From Ignavibacteriota bacterium (GTDB lineage: Bacteria; Bacteroidota; Ignavibacteria; UBA10030; UBA6906), in the NCBI GenBank assembly GCA_963801355.1, contig CAWDEM010000008.1, positions 1,312,001-1,376,000 on the forward strand: a stretch of 64,000 nt of DNA. The letters run 5' to 3'. Made by a program: the position numbers and the translations under genes. The stretch's first letter is position 1. The number at the start of each line of letters is the position of its first letter. Below the pieces are notes generated by a model, which was not told the DNA's origin, made no database searches, and was given only the letters and a program-made list of their open reading frames with translations. Below are positions 19,624 through 29,404 of this stretch, one piece after another.

Positions 19624-20985
19624 ATGAGAACCACGCGTCTGATCGCGTCCGGCATCGCCGCTTGTGTACTCTCTTCCTGTTCGATACTGACGACTGGAGT
19701 TGAACAGGATGATTTCATCAGGGTTGACGGCACGAGACTGATTCACAACGGCACCCCGTATTACTTTGCGGGGGCGAACATGTGGTACGGGTGCTATCTG
19801 GGTTCGCCGGGCTCCACGGGCAACAGGCCAAGGCTGCTCAGGGAACTCGATTCACTTCGTGCCTTTGGCCTGACGAACCTTCGAGTTCTTGCAGCTTCCG
19901 AAGAATCCGCCATGCGCCGGTCTGTGAAGCCGGCAATCCAGCGCGCACCCGGGGTCGTCGACGACTCCCTGCTGCAGGGTCTGGATTTCCTCCTTGCAGA
20001 GATGGCGGAGCGCCACATGCATGCAGTCCTCTACCTCGGCAACTATTGGGAGTGGTCGGGTGGCTTCAGCCAGTACAATGTCTGGACAGGCGGACCAACG
20101 GTAGACCCGGAGGACACGACGCAGGGATGGGGCGCGTTCATGGACTACTCGGCGACATTCTATTCCAACGACCGGGCGATGCAGATGTTCAGAGATTACG
20201 TGCGCAGCATTGTCACGCGCACCAACACCGTGAACGGCAGGCCGTATGCATCCGACCCGACCATCATGTCATGGCAACTGGTCAACGAACCGAGGCCCGG
20301 ACGCGACGACGAACCGGGCAGGAAAAACCTTCCGGTCTTTTACAAGTGGATCGATGAGACCGCGCGGTTCATCCACAGTCTCGACACCAACCACATGGTC
20401 TCCGCCGGCAGTGAGGGAACCGTCGGCACATTGCGGTCCGAGGAGTATTACCTTCGCGCTTTTCAGACTCCACACATCGACTACCTCAACCTGCATCTCT
20501 GGCCGCTGAATTGGGGCTGGTTCAACCCCGTCACATGGGAGACCACACTGCCGCAAACAGAGATTAATGCGGTTGAGTATTTCAACCGTCACATGGCGCT
20601 TGCGCGCACGCTCGGCAAGCCGATCGTGATGGACGAATTCGGTCTCGGGCGGGACGGCGGGAAGTTCCATTCTGGAACTCCAACACGAGCGAGGGACCGG
20701 TACCTCCTCTTGATCTGCACGGTGCTCGAAGATTCTGCGCGCGCGGGAGCTCCTCTCGCCGGGTCGAATTTCTGGGCATGGGGAGGAGAAGGAACAGCTC
20801 AGCACCCGGACGGCATGTGGCAGCGCGGCGATCCGTTCGTCGGCGACCCGCCCCAGGAACCGCAGGGAAGAAACTCGGTGTTCATTTCGGACACGTCGAC
20901 GATCCGCATACTTCGCTCTCACGCGAAGGCCATGCTCATGCTTGGGGCCGCTTCCCCTTCACCACCTTCAGGTTTCGTTCGATAA
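19624..20985 (+). CDS. GH5_7-like beta-mannanase/beta-mannosidase, lipoprotein
   Basis: Lipobox LSSC; NYWEWSGG, SWQLVNEPR, HLWPLNWGW, MDEFG, NFWAWGG, GDPPQEPQG. Start 19624 or 19615. Confidence 0.9.
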   Translation: MRTTRLIASGIAACVLSSCSILTTGVEQDDFIRVDGTRLIHNGTPYYFAGANMWYGCYLGSPGSTGNRPRLLRELDSLRAFGLTNLRVLAASEESAMRRSVKPAIQRAPGVVDDSLLQGLDFLLAEMAERHMHAVLYLGNYWEWSGGFSQYNVWTGGPTVDPEDTTQGWGAFMDYSATFYSNDRAMQMFRDYVRSIVTRTNTVNGRPYASDPTIMSWQLVNEPRPGRDDEPGRKNLPVFYKWIDETARFIHSLDTNHMVSAGSEGTVGTLRSEEYYLRAFQTPHIDYLNLHLWPLNWGWFNPVTWETTLPQTEINAVEYFNRHMALARTLGKPIVMDEFGLGRDGGKFHSGTPTRARDRYLLLICTVLEDSARAGAPLAGSNFWAWGGEGTAQHPDGMWQRGDPFVGDPPQEPQGRNSVFISDTSTIRILRSHAKAMLMLGAASPSPPSGFVR

Positions 20986-22135
20986 GCGCTATCCTCTGGT
21001 CCACTGCGGCCGCGCTGCGCAGTGGATCCTCCGGTGAGTGCAGCACGTAGTCCAGGAGGATGTCCACCGTGCTTGTGGCGACATGAATCCTTGTATCCGA
21101 TGACGCATAGTAGATGAAGACGTTTCCGTTCTTCTTCATGACCCAGCCGCAACTGAAGAGCACATTGGAGACATCGCCGATACGTTCGTATCCCACGGGA
21201 GCCATGAAGTAGCCCCCGGGCCGCGCGATCACACGATTGGGTTCTTTGAGATCGGTGAGGAAGAGATAAAGCACGTAACGCAAGCCGGCGGCCGTGTTCC
21301 GCACGCCATGCGCCAGCTGCAGCCATCCTTTCTCAGTCTTGAGCGGAGCGGGCCCCAGACCGTTCTTCACCTCCGTGATGGTGTGGTAGATACGATCGTC
21401 AATAATAGTCTCCTCCTCGATCGCCACTGCAACCATGCTCTCCGAGAGCCCCCACCCGATTCCCCCTCCCGAACCCGTGCTGATGAAGCCGTCCTGCGGC
21501 CGTGTATAGAACGCGTACTTCCCTCCCACGAACTCAGGGTGGAGAACGACGTTTCGCTGCTGGGGCGACCCGGTCCGGATGTCAGCCAGCCGCTCCCACG
21601 CCACGAGATCTTTTGTTCTGGCCACCCCGCATTGGGCTATGGCCGACGAGGTATCCGTGCGCGGGACTGAAGGATCCTTGCGTTCCGTGCAGAACAAACC
21701 GTAGATCCAACCGTCCTGGTGCTTCACCAGGCGCATATCGTAGACATTGGTATCGGGATCCTCAGTCTCAGGCAGACGCACGGGATAGTCCCAAAACCGG
21801 AAGTTGTCTATGCCGTTGCGGGATTCGGCAATCGCAAAGAAAGATTTCCGGTCGACCCCTTCAACCCGGACTGCCAGCAGGATCTTTCCTTCATATTCCA
21901 TCGCCCCCGGATTGAATGCTGCGTTTACCCCCATGCGTTCCAGGAGATGGGGGTTCGGTTTCCGGTCCATATCATACCGCCACGTCACCGGGACATGGCC
22001 GGCGGTGATGACGGGATGCACGTACCGATGGGCCACACCATTGCCCCCGGGCACCTTCTGGTTCTTCCTCGTGAGCAATCGTTCCTGGTTGCGGACGAGA
22101 GCCCGGAGGGCTGTCGCAAACTGGGCCTTGTTCAT
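20936..22135 (-). CDS. GH130_1 4-O-beta-D-mannosyl-D-glucose phosphorylase
   Basis: RVEGVDRKSFF, NVYDMRL, FCTERKD, QQRNVVLHP, EVKNGLGP, HGVRNTAAGLRY, YYASSDTR. Confidence 0.93.
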   Translation of the reverse strand: MNKAQFATALRALVRNQERLLTRKNQKVPGGNGVAHRYVHPVITAGHVPVTWRYDMDRKPNPHLLERMGVNAAFNPGAMEYEGKILLAVRVEGVDRKSFFAIAESRNGIDNFRFWDYPVRLPETEDPDTNVYDMRLVKHQDGWIYGLFCTERKDPSVPRTDTSSAIAQCGVARTKDLVAWERLADIRTGSPQQRNVVLHPEFVGGKYAFYTRPQDGFISTGSGGGIGWGLSESMVAVAIEEETIIDDRIYHTITEVKNGLGPAPLKTEKGWLQLAHGVRNTAAGLRYVLYLFLTDLKEPNRVIARPGGYFMAPVGYERIGDVSNVLFSCGWVMKKNGNVFIYYASSDTRIHVATSTVDILLDYVLHSPEDPLRSAAAVDQRIALIERNLKVVKGKRPQA

Positions 22136-24037
22136 TTAGATCACCGTTGCTTTCTGAGCGGAGAGGCCGCCGGGGCCTTTTCCCGCAGGCGGTGCGAGCA
22201 CGGCCACAACCCGTTGCTCGAAGTCCTCCGGCAGCGTTTCCCTGCTTGCCTCATCAAGGTTGTTCCACCACGTGAATTTGAGGATCAACGATGTCACGAC
22301 AACACCACAGATGACCCAGATGAAGAGATGATATTGCTGCGTCACCAGCGACATCGGCGTGAGTACCAGGCAGACCTGCCAGGCCACGCCGACGACGATA
22401 TTGAAGAGGTCCCGGGGAAGACGTTTGTTCGGTTCAAAATCCGGGTAGTACTTCCGGGCCATGCGCAGCACCGGTTTCCAGAAGCCCCAGGGTTTGATCT
22501 GCATGTAAAATCTCATCAGCACGACATCGGGTTCGGGCTTCGTCAGCAGACTGCCAACGATGCACCCTACGATGGAGACCCCCAGGACGGGCGGAAACGC
22601 CATGATGGCATGAAGGGACGGAAAAGCGATCGGAATCACCATGGCCGCTGCAATGCCCGAGACCATTCCCCAGAAGTACCCGTAGCCATTGAATCTCCAC
22701 CAGTACCACTTCAGGATATTTGACGCTGTATAGCCACCGTAGAGTGCGCTGACGATCCAGAGCGTGACCTGGTTAATGGATTCCACCACAAAGCCGAACG
22801 CAAACCCGACGATCACGAAGGCGATCGTGGTGATGTAGCTAAGCCGCACATAGGTCTGGTCCGACGCATGCGGATTGATGAACCGCTTGTAGATATCGTT
22901 CACGACGTAGGCCGGCGCGGCATTGATGGTCGCCGCGTAGTTCGACATGAAGGCGGCGAACAAACCCGCGAGCAGCAATCCGACGAGACCGACCGGCAGG
23001 ATATTCTTGATGATGTAGGGAAGGATCATCTCGAAATCGATATTCGCCCCCATGGCATGAAGCTCCGGAGAGAAATTGACCAGTGCCAGCACGGTGATGC
23101 CGGTGATCAGCACATACCGGGGGAAGATCAGGACGACGTTGACAAACCAGTTCATCTTGGATGCTTCTTTGGGCGAACGGGTTGCCAGCACGCGCTGCAT
23201 GTCATAGTTGGGGGCCGGGCCCGCCATGCTCTTGAGGATGCCCTGGAAGAGCACCATGATGAAAAAGATCCCGAACATGCTGTACCCATCGGCCAGGATC
23301 TTCGTGTTCACCGCGTCAATCAACCCGGTCCAGTCCAGGTCAAGCGACCAGCCGAAAAACGGCGTTGTCCATCCCTGCGGCACGACGGCCTGCAGCTGTT
23401 CGGGCGACACCATGGTGAACGCAATGACACCGATCGACAACGACGCCACGGTCAGCACCATGAATTGCAGGAACTCGGTAATGACAACGCTGAACATTCC
23501 GCCCTTCACGGCGTAGATGGCGGTGAGCGACATCAGGATCAGTGCGTAGACGTCAGGGGAGATATTCCAGGGGAAGAAGACGGCTGCGAATTTCCCGATA
23601 CCCTTGAATGCATATGCGATGAACCCGATCACGCTCACGAGAGCGAAGATCACCACGCTGATGTGCGAGAGTTTTGCACCCGTGCTGTTCCCGAATCTCG
23701 TCTCGATCCACGCCGCGCCGGTCATGACCTTGGACTTGCGGAGCCAGATCGAGAGATAGACCATGAGGAATATCTGGTTGAATGTCGGCCAGACCCATGG
23801 CATCCACACACTCTTGAACCCGTACACGAAGAGCACGTAGACCAGCCACATCGTCCCCGTGATGTCGAACATTCCCGACGCATCGGAGACACCGAGCATC
23901 CACCAGGGAAGAACGTTGCTGCCCAGAAAGTACGAGTTGAGGTTCTTCTTGGCCCGTTTCGAGACCAGCATACCGAGCCCGATGGCCACCACAAAGTAGA
24001 GGAGGATTATCGAGAGATCAATGATGTGAATTTCCAT
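22136..24037 (-). CDS. Sodium:solute symporter (SSS family)
   Basis: Many TM segments; YFLG..LPWW, YDMQRVLA, NDIYKRF; start MEIHIIDL at 24037; abuts GH130_1. Confidence 0.9.
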   Translation of the reverse strand: MEIHIIDLSIILLYFVVAIGLGMLVSKRAKKNLNSYFLGSNVLPWWMLGVSDASGMFDITGTMWLVYVLFVYGFKSVWMPWVWPTFNQIFLMVYLSIWLRKSKVMTGAAWIETRFGNSTGAKLSHISVVIFALVSVIGFIAYAFKGIGKFAAVFFPWNISPDVYALILMSLTAIYAVKGGMFSVVITEFLQFMVLTVASLSIGVIAFTMVSPEQLQAVVPQGWTTPFFGWSLDLDWTGLIDAVNTKILADGYSMFGIFFIMVLFQGILKSMAGPAPNYDMQRVLATRSPKEASKMNWFVNVVLIFPRYVLITGITVLALVNFSPELHAMGANIDFEMILPYIIKNILPVGLVGLLLAGLFAAFMSNYAATINAAPAYVVNDIYKRFINPHASDQTYVRLSYITTIAFVIVGFAFGFVVESINQVTLWIVSALYGGYTASNILKWYWWRFNGYGYFWGMVSGIAAAMVIPIAFPSLHAIMAFPPVLGVSIVGCIVGSLLTKPEPDVVLMRFYMQIKPWGFWKPVLRMARKYYPDFEPNKRLPRDLFNIVVGVAWQVCLVLTPMSLVTQQYHLFIWVICGVVVTSLILKFTWWNNLDEASRETLPEDFEQRVVAVLAPPAGKGPGGLSAQKATVI

Positions 24038-24086
24038 TGGCGGCCTGCAGGCTGATGAGGAATGGGAGTCCAACCCAATAAATCAC

Positions 24087-24102
24087 GCACAATTAGTGCC
24101 AG
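24087..24102 (-). promoter_or_regulatory. sigma54 promoter for the SSS-GH130_1 operon
   Basis: - strand CTGGCAC-TAATT-GTGC, 50 bp upstream of ATG 24037. Confidence 0.72.
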
Positions 24103-24162
24103 CCCGGGCAGTGTCCTGAGTCCCGTTTTTTCTCACTTATTCTTGAAGTGCGGCAGGAAAGC

Positions 24163-24179
24163 TTTATTACTTTGATAAT
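24163..24179. promoter_or_regulatory. AT-rich 7-3-7 palindrome (copy 3), overlapping the hydrolase stop codon
   Basis: TTTATTA-CTT-TGATAAT; 24155-24180 (- strand) matches 19493-19518 at 21/26 nt. Confidence 0.65.
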
Positions 24180-25819
24180 CCTGGCGGGATTTGATAACGG
24201 ACGATTTGATAACGGACGAGGAGTTTCCTGACAAACCAGATAATCAACGCCGCAAGGACAAGCACGAGGAATGCCGCGCCGCCAAGTGCGGCCTTCGCGA
24301 TCTTTGGGAACCCCCAATTCACGCTGAAATCCATGGGGATATATGAGTTCTTCGATACATCCGGCTTGCCGGTGTCGTAAAAGCTCGTAAGAATGAGCCG
24401 CATGTTTTCAATGTTTGCGTACCACATGTCGCCAACATGCCCGCACTCCGAGAAGATGATCTGCTCTCCGTTGGACAGATACGGGAGCAGATCATTCGTC
24501 GCATAGGCAGGTGGAGTGGAAAAATCCACGCTCCCGCTCAGGAGCAGGGTCTGTACCCCGGAAGGACGGAGCTCACGGTACTCCCGCGGCAGCTGGCGCG
24601 TCGGCCAGCGGCCATACTTCGACGGCCCCCAAAGCATTATGCTCATGGGTGAGCCCAGCGGCTGGTTGCCCGCCTCCATGTCTCGACGGTAGTCGCGAGA
24701 AGAATCAAAGTCCGCGCTTATTGCTTTCGAGGCTGACTCACCCCAGGTGCTCATGGTGGGAACAAGATAGTCGTAGACGATGGACAAGAGTGCGAGGCCG
24801 CTGGCATCACCCTGACTGGCGGCGACATACGCGTCGAATATCTTCGCAGCGGTATTCCGGTGAAAGAGAAGTCCAAATGTGCCCACCTTCACCTTCGAGG
24901 GGTTGATGGAGAAGCACAGCCATGAATGCGGCATGTTCCGTAACACGGTGCTCACGGTTGCATAGAGATCCGGGCTCCGCAATGACATGGCGGTGTCTTT
25001 CGCCCAGAGGGCCGCATACTGCCTTAGCTGCGTGTCAATCATCCCGGGTTCCCAGACAAATCGCCCGGGAGGATTCACGGCAATCATTGCCGACCGGTAT
25101 ATGCTTTCCGGATGTCGCAGACCGTACAGGTACGCTACGCGTGTGCCGTAGCTCTCGCTCAGCAGGTCGATGCACGCATAGCCCAGAGCTTTGCGAACCG
25201 ATTCGTTGTCTTCGATCGTTTCGAGCATCGTGTACCCGTCCAGATCCACGCCCTCACTCATCATGCGTTGTGCCCCTGCACCAAATGCGCGCGCGATCTT
25301 TTCCATCGACTCTTCACCGAGCACGTCACCGTCCTCTTTGAGAGCTTCCGTCATCTCCGGGCAATCGAGTTTTACCGATCCGTCCACACCCCTGTATCCG
25401 ACGAGCACAACGTCGTGCCCGGGGAGGAAGGTCCATGCCTTTCCCCAATCCCACGACATGTTACTCGCGCCGGGTCCGCCGGCTAAGGCGAATACCGGCT
25501 CGGCCGGGTGCTGCGAGCGGGAATGGATTCGCAGGAAGGGTATGTGGATCAACCGGGACGTTGACTTGTCTCTATTCTCCGGGACCGTGACTGTCCCGTA
25601 ATCGGCATCGTATTTCTCAGATCCGATCTCAAAGGGCCCGGACTGAGTGACGATGCTTCCCGCCTTTGCGTCAACAGGTGGGAGAGGATAGTGATTCCCG
25701 CCTTTTCCGCATCCTGATTCCAACAGCAGCATGGGGATGAGGAGCAAGGCGGTGATCCGTGTTGTTTTCAAGTGAAGGAGTCCTGAGCTTCTCTGAGGTG
25801 AATTGTCATAGTGCCACAT
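24167..25819 (-). CDS. Alpha/beta hydrolase (TAP-like/S33 peptidase family), possible lipoprotein with C-terminal TM helix
   Basis: GGPG, YRGV, SESYGT nucleophile elbow, SGSVDFSTP, CGH; LESGC lipobox-like; start uncertain. Confidence 0.8.
   Translation of the reverse strand: MWHYDNSPQRSSGLLHLKTTRITALLLIPMLLLESGCGKGGNHYPLPPVDAKAGSIVTQSGPFEIGSEKYDADYGTVTVPENRDKSTSRLIHIPFLRIHSRSQHPAEPVFALAGGPGASNMSWDWGKAWTFLPGHDVVLVGYRGVDGSVKLDCPEMTEALKEDGDVLGEESMEKIARAFGAGAQRMMSEGVDLDGYTMLETIEDNESVRKALGYACIDLLSESYGTRVAYLYGLRHPESIYRSAMIAVNPPGRFVWEPGMIDTQLRQYAALWAKDTAMSLRSPDLYATVSTVLRNMPHSWLCFSINPSKVKVGTFGLLFHRNTAAKIFDAYVAASQGDASGLALLSIVYDYLVPTMSTWGESASKAISADFDSSRDYRRDMEAGNQPLGSPMSIMLWGPSKYGRWPTRQLPREYRELRPSGVQTLLLSGSVDFSTPPAYATNDLLPYLSNGEQIIFSECGHVGDMWYANIENMRLILTSFYDTGKPDVSKNSYIPMDFSVNWGFPKIAKAALGGAAFLVLVLAALIIWFVRKLLVRYQIVRYQIPPGLSK
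24188..24217. repeat. Perfect 15-bp tandem duplication GATTTGATAACGGAC x2
   Basis: Direct reading; yields the VRYQI-VRYQI duplication in the hydrolase C-terminus. Confidence 0.9.
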
Positions 25820-25866
25820 GTATGTTGCCCGTTGCAGTGCGGTTTTCCAGTTGCAGTTGAGTGCTC

Positions 25867-26697
25867 CTACTCCACCGACTTATCCGGCGGCAATCCGGTT
25901 TTCTTGTAGAGATCCTTTCTCGCACCTTTATCCTTTACCAGGATTTCCCTTGCGTATCCGGCTACGATGGCGGCCTTTGCCCGCGGGACCACTATGACAC
26001 CGTCCCCGTCTGCAACAACGACATCGCCGGGACAGACGAGCACACCGCCGATGACAACGGGGCGATTGACCGATTCAGTTTCGTTCCTTCCGGGCCGTAT
26101 CCCCCTCCCCTTCTTCCGCAGATACAGCGGGACTTTCTCCACCTCGATTTCATCGGTGTCTCTTGAACTGGCATCCGTCACAACACCGACAGCGCCAAGG
26201 CTCTTCCAGTACAGGATGTTGTACGACCCGATCGTTCCGATGTCTTTATCTTCAACATCGTCGATCACGACTGCCGATCCCTGTCGTATTACGCCCGCAA
26301 AGCCCTCGTGCGAGTAGGCATTGTAGAAGTTGCCCTCCCACTCCTGGAACTTCTGCCCCGGTTCCGGTCTGTCGGGTTTCTGCGTCGGGACGTACCGGAC
26401 CGTGACCGCGATGCCTCTGAACTGATGAGAGAAAGTCTTGTTGTCAACCCAATCCGGATGAATGGCCGGATCCACCAGCCCTGTTCCCGGCAGACCTGCC
26501 ATGTCCATGCCGTCAGACACGTCAGCGACACGGAGGCCTTCATACAATTTCAATATCCTGGCATTGTCGTCGTCCGCATAAACCTTTGTTTCGATATAGT
26601 TAACTCCCCTCTCCAGCTCCTTTGCCGTTTTTTCCTGCGACTGTGCAATGGCGAGGAAGCCGAGGATGCAACATGCCAGCATTCTTGAAATGTGCAT
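25867..26697 (-). CDS. RraA/HMG-aldolase-like protein with signal peptide
   Basis: VADVSDGMD, GIAVTVRY, GAVGVVTD..RD, VCPGDVVVADGDGVIVVP; N-terminal Sec-like signal. Confidence 0.82.
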   Translation of the reverse strand: MHISRMLACCILGFLAIAQSQEKTAKELERGVNYIETKVYADDDNARILKLYEGLRVADVSDGMDMAGLPGTGLVDPAIHPDWVDNKTFSHQFRGIAVTVRYVPTQKPDRPEPGQKFQEWEGNFYNAYSHEGFAGVIRQGSAVVIDDVEDKDIGTIGSYNILYWKSLGAVGVVTDASSRDTDEIEVEKVPLYLRKKGRGIRPGRNETESVNRPVVIGGVLVCPGDVVVADGDGVIVVPRAKAAIVAGYAREILVKDKGARKDLYKKTGLPPDKSVE

Positions 26698-26829
26698 GGG
26701 TGAACGCTCCTTTCACAGACTTACTGTGCGGTGGAGACCAGGAAATCGAATGGCATGCATGATGCCTCGTGGGAGAATGACGCTGCAAAATAGATGATGC
26801 GTTGTACAGTGTCAAGTGCCCGGCCGGGC

Positions 26830-26905
26830 GGGGTCAGACCCGGACCAATTGTCAATAGTCGATGGACCATTGACAATCATCAATCGGTCGCGGTCAGACC
26901 CCTGG
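26830..26905. repeat. REP-like composite: GGGGTCAGACCC + heptamer repeats + CGGTCAGACCCCT
   Basis: Two palindrome copies flank CAATTGT CAATAGT CGATGGA CCATTGA CAATCAT CAATCGG. Confidence 0.7.
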
Positions 26906-27027
26906 ATTCCCTTTTTTTTGCGGTTCTTATTGATTGTAGACTAATAGCAGACTATCTTTTCAGGTTGAAGGCCGGAGTGTGCACCCCCACCCGCCTTCGA
27001 GGATCCAACCTGGAAAGGCACGCGAAA

Positions 27028-28092
27028 ATGAAGAGACGCAACTTCCTGGCAGCGTTGCCGGCGGCCGGCCTTACCGCCGGAGGTTCCGCTTCCCTCCTGT
27101 CCGGCTGCACGGGCACCCACAAAGAGGGCCTCACATTCAAGGACCTAGCCCTGGTCGACAAGGTCAAGATGGCCATGCTCACCATGCAGCGTGCCACCTG
27201 GGAACAGGGCGTCGCAATGCAGGCTCTGCTGGAACTCGGAGAGACCGATCTTGTGATTCTGATGGCCAAGGACGCCGTGCTCCGCCAATCCAAGGATGGA
27301 CGGCTGGCAATGCTGGGCGAGGAGTTTGCGCTCAGCGACGCCGCCTCTCCGGGTGAAGCCGTGTTCTGGGCTGCAAAACAGACGGGCGACCCGTTTCTGG
27401 AAAGAGGCTACGAAAAGCTCCTCGACTACGTTTTGCATAAAGCTCCCCGCACCAAAGAAGGCATCATCTACCATTTCACTAACCTGCCGCAGATATGGAG
27501 CGACATCATCTACATGCTCCCACCATTCCTTGCGGCGGCGGGCCAGTATGAGGAAGCCATCAAACAAATCGACGGGGCGCGAGATTGCCTCTGGAACCCG
27601 GACAAGAAACTCCTGTCGCACATGTGGGACTGTGAGAAGAAGGTCTTTGTGCGAAAGGATTGCTGGGGCGTCGGCAACGGGTGGTCGGCTGCAGGAATGA
27701 CACGGGTCATCAGGGCACTCCCCGGCTCCATGAACGCTGAACGGACGAAACTCACGGGATATGTCAGGGAAATCATCGATGGATGTCTCGCACACATGCG
27801 CGACGACGGACTGTACCACAACATCGTCGATGATCCCCAGTCGTTTATTGAAACCAACCTTGCGCAGATGCTCGCCTATTCAATCTACCGTGGAATCAGT
27901 GGTGGATGGCTTGAAGAGCGCTACAAAATTCAAGCCGACAAAATGCGCGGGGCGGCTCAGAAGAAGGTGGACGATCTCGGCCTGGTCCAGGGAGTGTGTG
28001 GCTCTCCGGAATTCGATCACCCGGGAACCGCCACCGAAGGACAGGGTTTTTTCATTCTGATGGAGGTCGCGCACCGGGAGTTAGCCGCGTAG
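27028..28092 (+). CDS. GH88/GH105-like unsaturated uronyl hydrolase, Tat lipoprotein
   Basis: MKRRNFL Tat motif, LSGC lipobox; WEQGV, WSDIIYMLPPFLA, WGVGNGW, DGLYHN, ETN. Confidence 0.82.
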   Translation: MKRRNFLAALPAAGLTAGGSASLLSGCTGTHKEGLTFKDLALVDKVKMAMLTMQRATWEQGVAMQALLELGETDLVILMAKDAVLRQSKDGRLAMLGEEFALSDAASPGEAVFWAAKQTGDPFLERGYEKLLDYVLHKAPRTKEGIIYHFTNLPQIWSDIIYMLPPFLAAAGQYEEAIKQIDGARDCLWNPDKKLLSHMWDCEKKVFVRKDCWGVGNGWSAAGMTRVIRALPGSMNAERTKLTGYVREIIDGCLAHMRDDGLYHNIVDDPQSFIETNLAQMLAYSIYRGISGGWLEERYKIQADKMRGAAQKKVDDLGLVQGVCGSPEFDHPGTATEGQGFFILMEVAHRELAA

Positions 28093-28165
28093 CTGCCCGA
28101 CACTCTTTCAGTCCCGTCTTCACCCGGACGGTGGTCTCCCGTTCTTCCCTTACGCAGGTTCTCTC

Positions 28166-29404
28166 ATGACACTTCCAGACGTTCTCCGAGCTTCCAGGGT
28201 GAGCACCGCCATGCTGGTGGTCTTTCTGGCCGGTGCTGCATCCACATCCGCCCAGTTTCTCGATAACTTCGACGGCAAGCTGCCGCTCGACCCACGCGGT
28301 GTTCAGGGTTGGACCTTCTTTACGGGGGACGGGTCCGCGGTTATGAATTTGCAAAACTCCGGGAAGGGTCATGCAACAATTTCGGTGGATGCTTCAAAAG
28401 ACATACGGAATATCTGGTGGGCGTTGATACGCCGGTGTGTTTCTACGAACATGAATCTCCACCTTCTCGCCACCCCGGCATACGCCCTGCGCATCGAGTC
28501 ACGGGTCAGGGTAAGCCACGCGCCGCGAAGGGTAAATCTCCATCTCAACACGCAGCGAACGACGGACTTCCACACGCACCTCATGGAATTCGATATCCCG
28601 GATACGGTGCGATGGCACACGATAAGCATGACCACGCGGGGTTTTGATGCGACGCCCGGCGATACCATTTACGGTCAGCTTGCGCTCATGGACTGGGGCC
28701 TGGAGAAGTATCACGTCGATCTCGACTATTTCAGAGTGGATATCGTGAAGGCGGATTCAGCCGGACCTGATAAGGGCACACTCGTGCCGTACCACCCGCA
28801 GGTCCCTGACCCGATATCGTTTCCGCTCCATGTTCCCGCGACTCAGGATTGCATCGTCGACACCCAATATCCCCTCATGAATTTCAACGATTGGAGTGCC
28901 CGGGATGGATCCGGGAGAAGCACACTTCTGGCCGTGAGCGGGACACAATGCACTATCTTGCGATGGGATCTGGACGTGTTTGCTGGAATGCGCGCCGATG
29001 GACCCGCTTTGCTGGAGCTGACCGCGTATTCCACGGAGCGGTCGTTGGTGCATGCCAGGGACTTCGGCATGCTCAGGGTTGCGGAAATACTGGGAGGAGA
29101 CCCCGCATGGGATCAGAAGGATGTCACGTACGCCTCATTGTGTCAGGGGAAAAACCCGAATGAGGTTTTCAATTCCCAGATGATCATCGATGTCGGCGTT
29201 CCTGAGGGACAGGGTTCATCCATGCTTGCGACGATTGCACAGCCTGTGGTGCAACGTCTGCTGGATGGAAGGACGCTTGGCCTGGCAATACAGCCTCTGG
29301 GTGCTGTGTTCGCATCGTTCTATGCCCTCGAGAGTGCCGGCACGCACCGCAGCCCGACGCTGCATGTTCGTCTGGCACCCCGCTCCCCCGGGCCGCCGCA
29401 TTGA
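28166..29404 (+). CDS. Secreted hypothetical protein, possibly two beta-sandwich carbohydrate-binding-like domains
   Basis: Signal peptide ending SA-QF; beta-rich; co-oriented in the operon; no recognised catalytic motif. Confidence 0.65.
   Translation: MTLPDVLRASRVSTAMLVVFLAGAASTSAQFLDNFDGKLPLDPRGVQGWTFFTGDGSAVMNLQNSGKGHATISVDASKDIRNIWWALIRRCVSTNMNLHLLATPAYALRIESRVRVSHAPRRVNLHLNTQRTTDFHTHLMEFDIPDTVRWHTISMTTRGFDATPGDTIYGQLALMDWGLEKYHVDLDYFRVDIVKADSAGPDKGTLVPYHPQVPDPISFPLHVPATQDCIVDTQYPLMNFNDWSARDGSGRSTLLAVSGTQCTILRWDLDVFAGMRADGPALLELTAYSTERSLVHARDFGMLRVAEILGGDPAWDQKDVTYASLCQGKNPNEVFNSQMIIDVGVPEGQGSSMLATIAQPVVQRLLDGRTLGLAIQPLGAVFASFYALESAGTHRSPTLHVRLAPRSPGPPH

Noticed and set aside
26794-27027. 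N-terminal extension of the GH88/105 ORF
   Set aside because: Reads through REP and heptamer repeats; the Tat signal starts at 27028.
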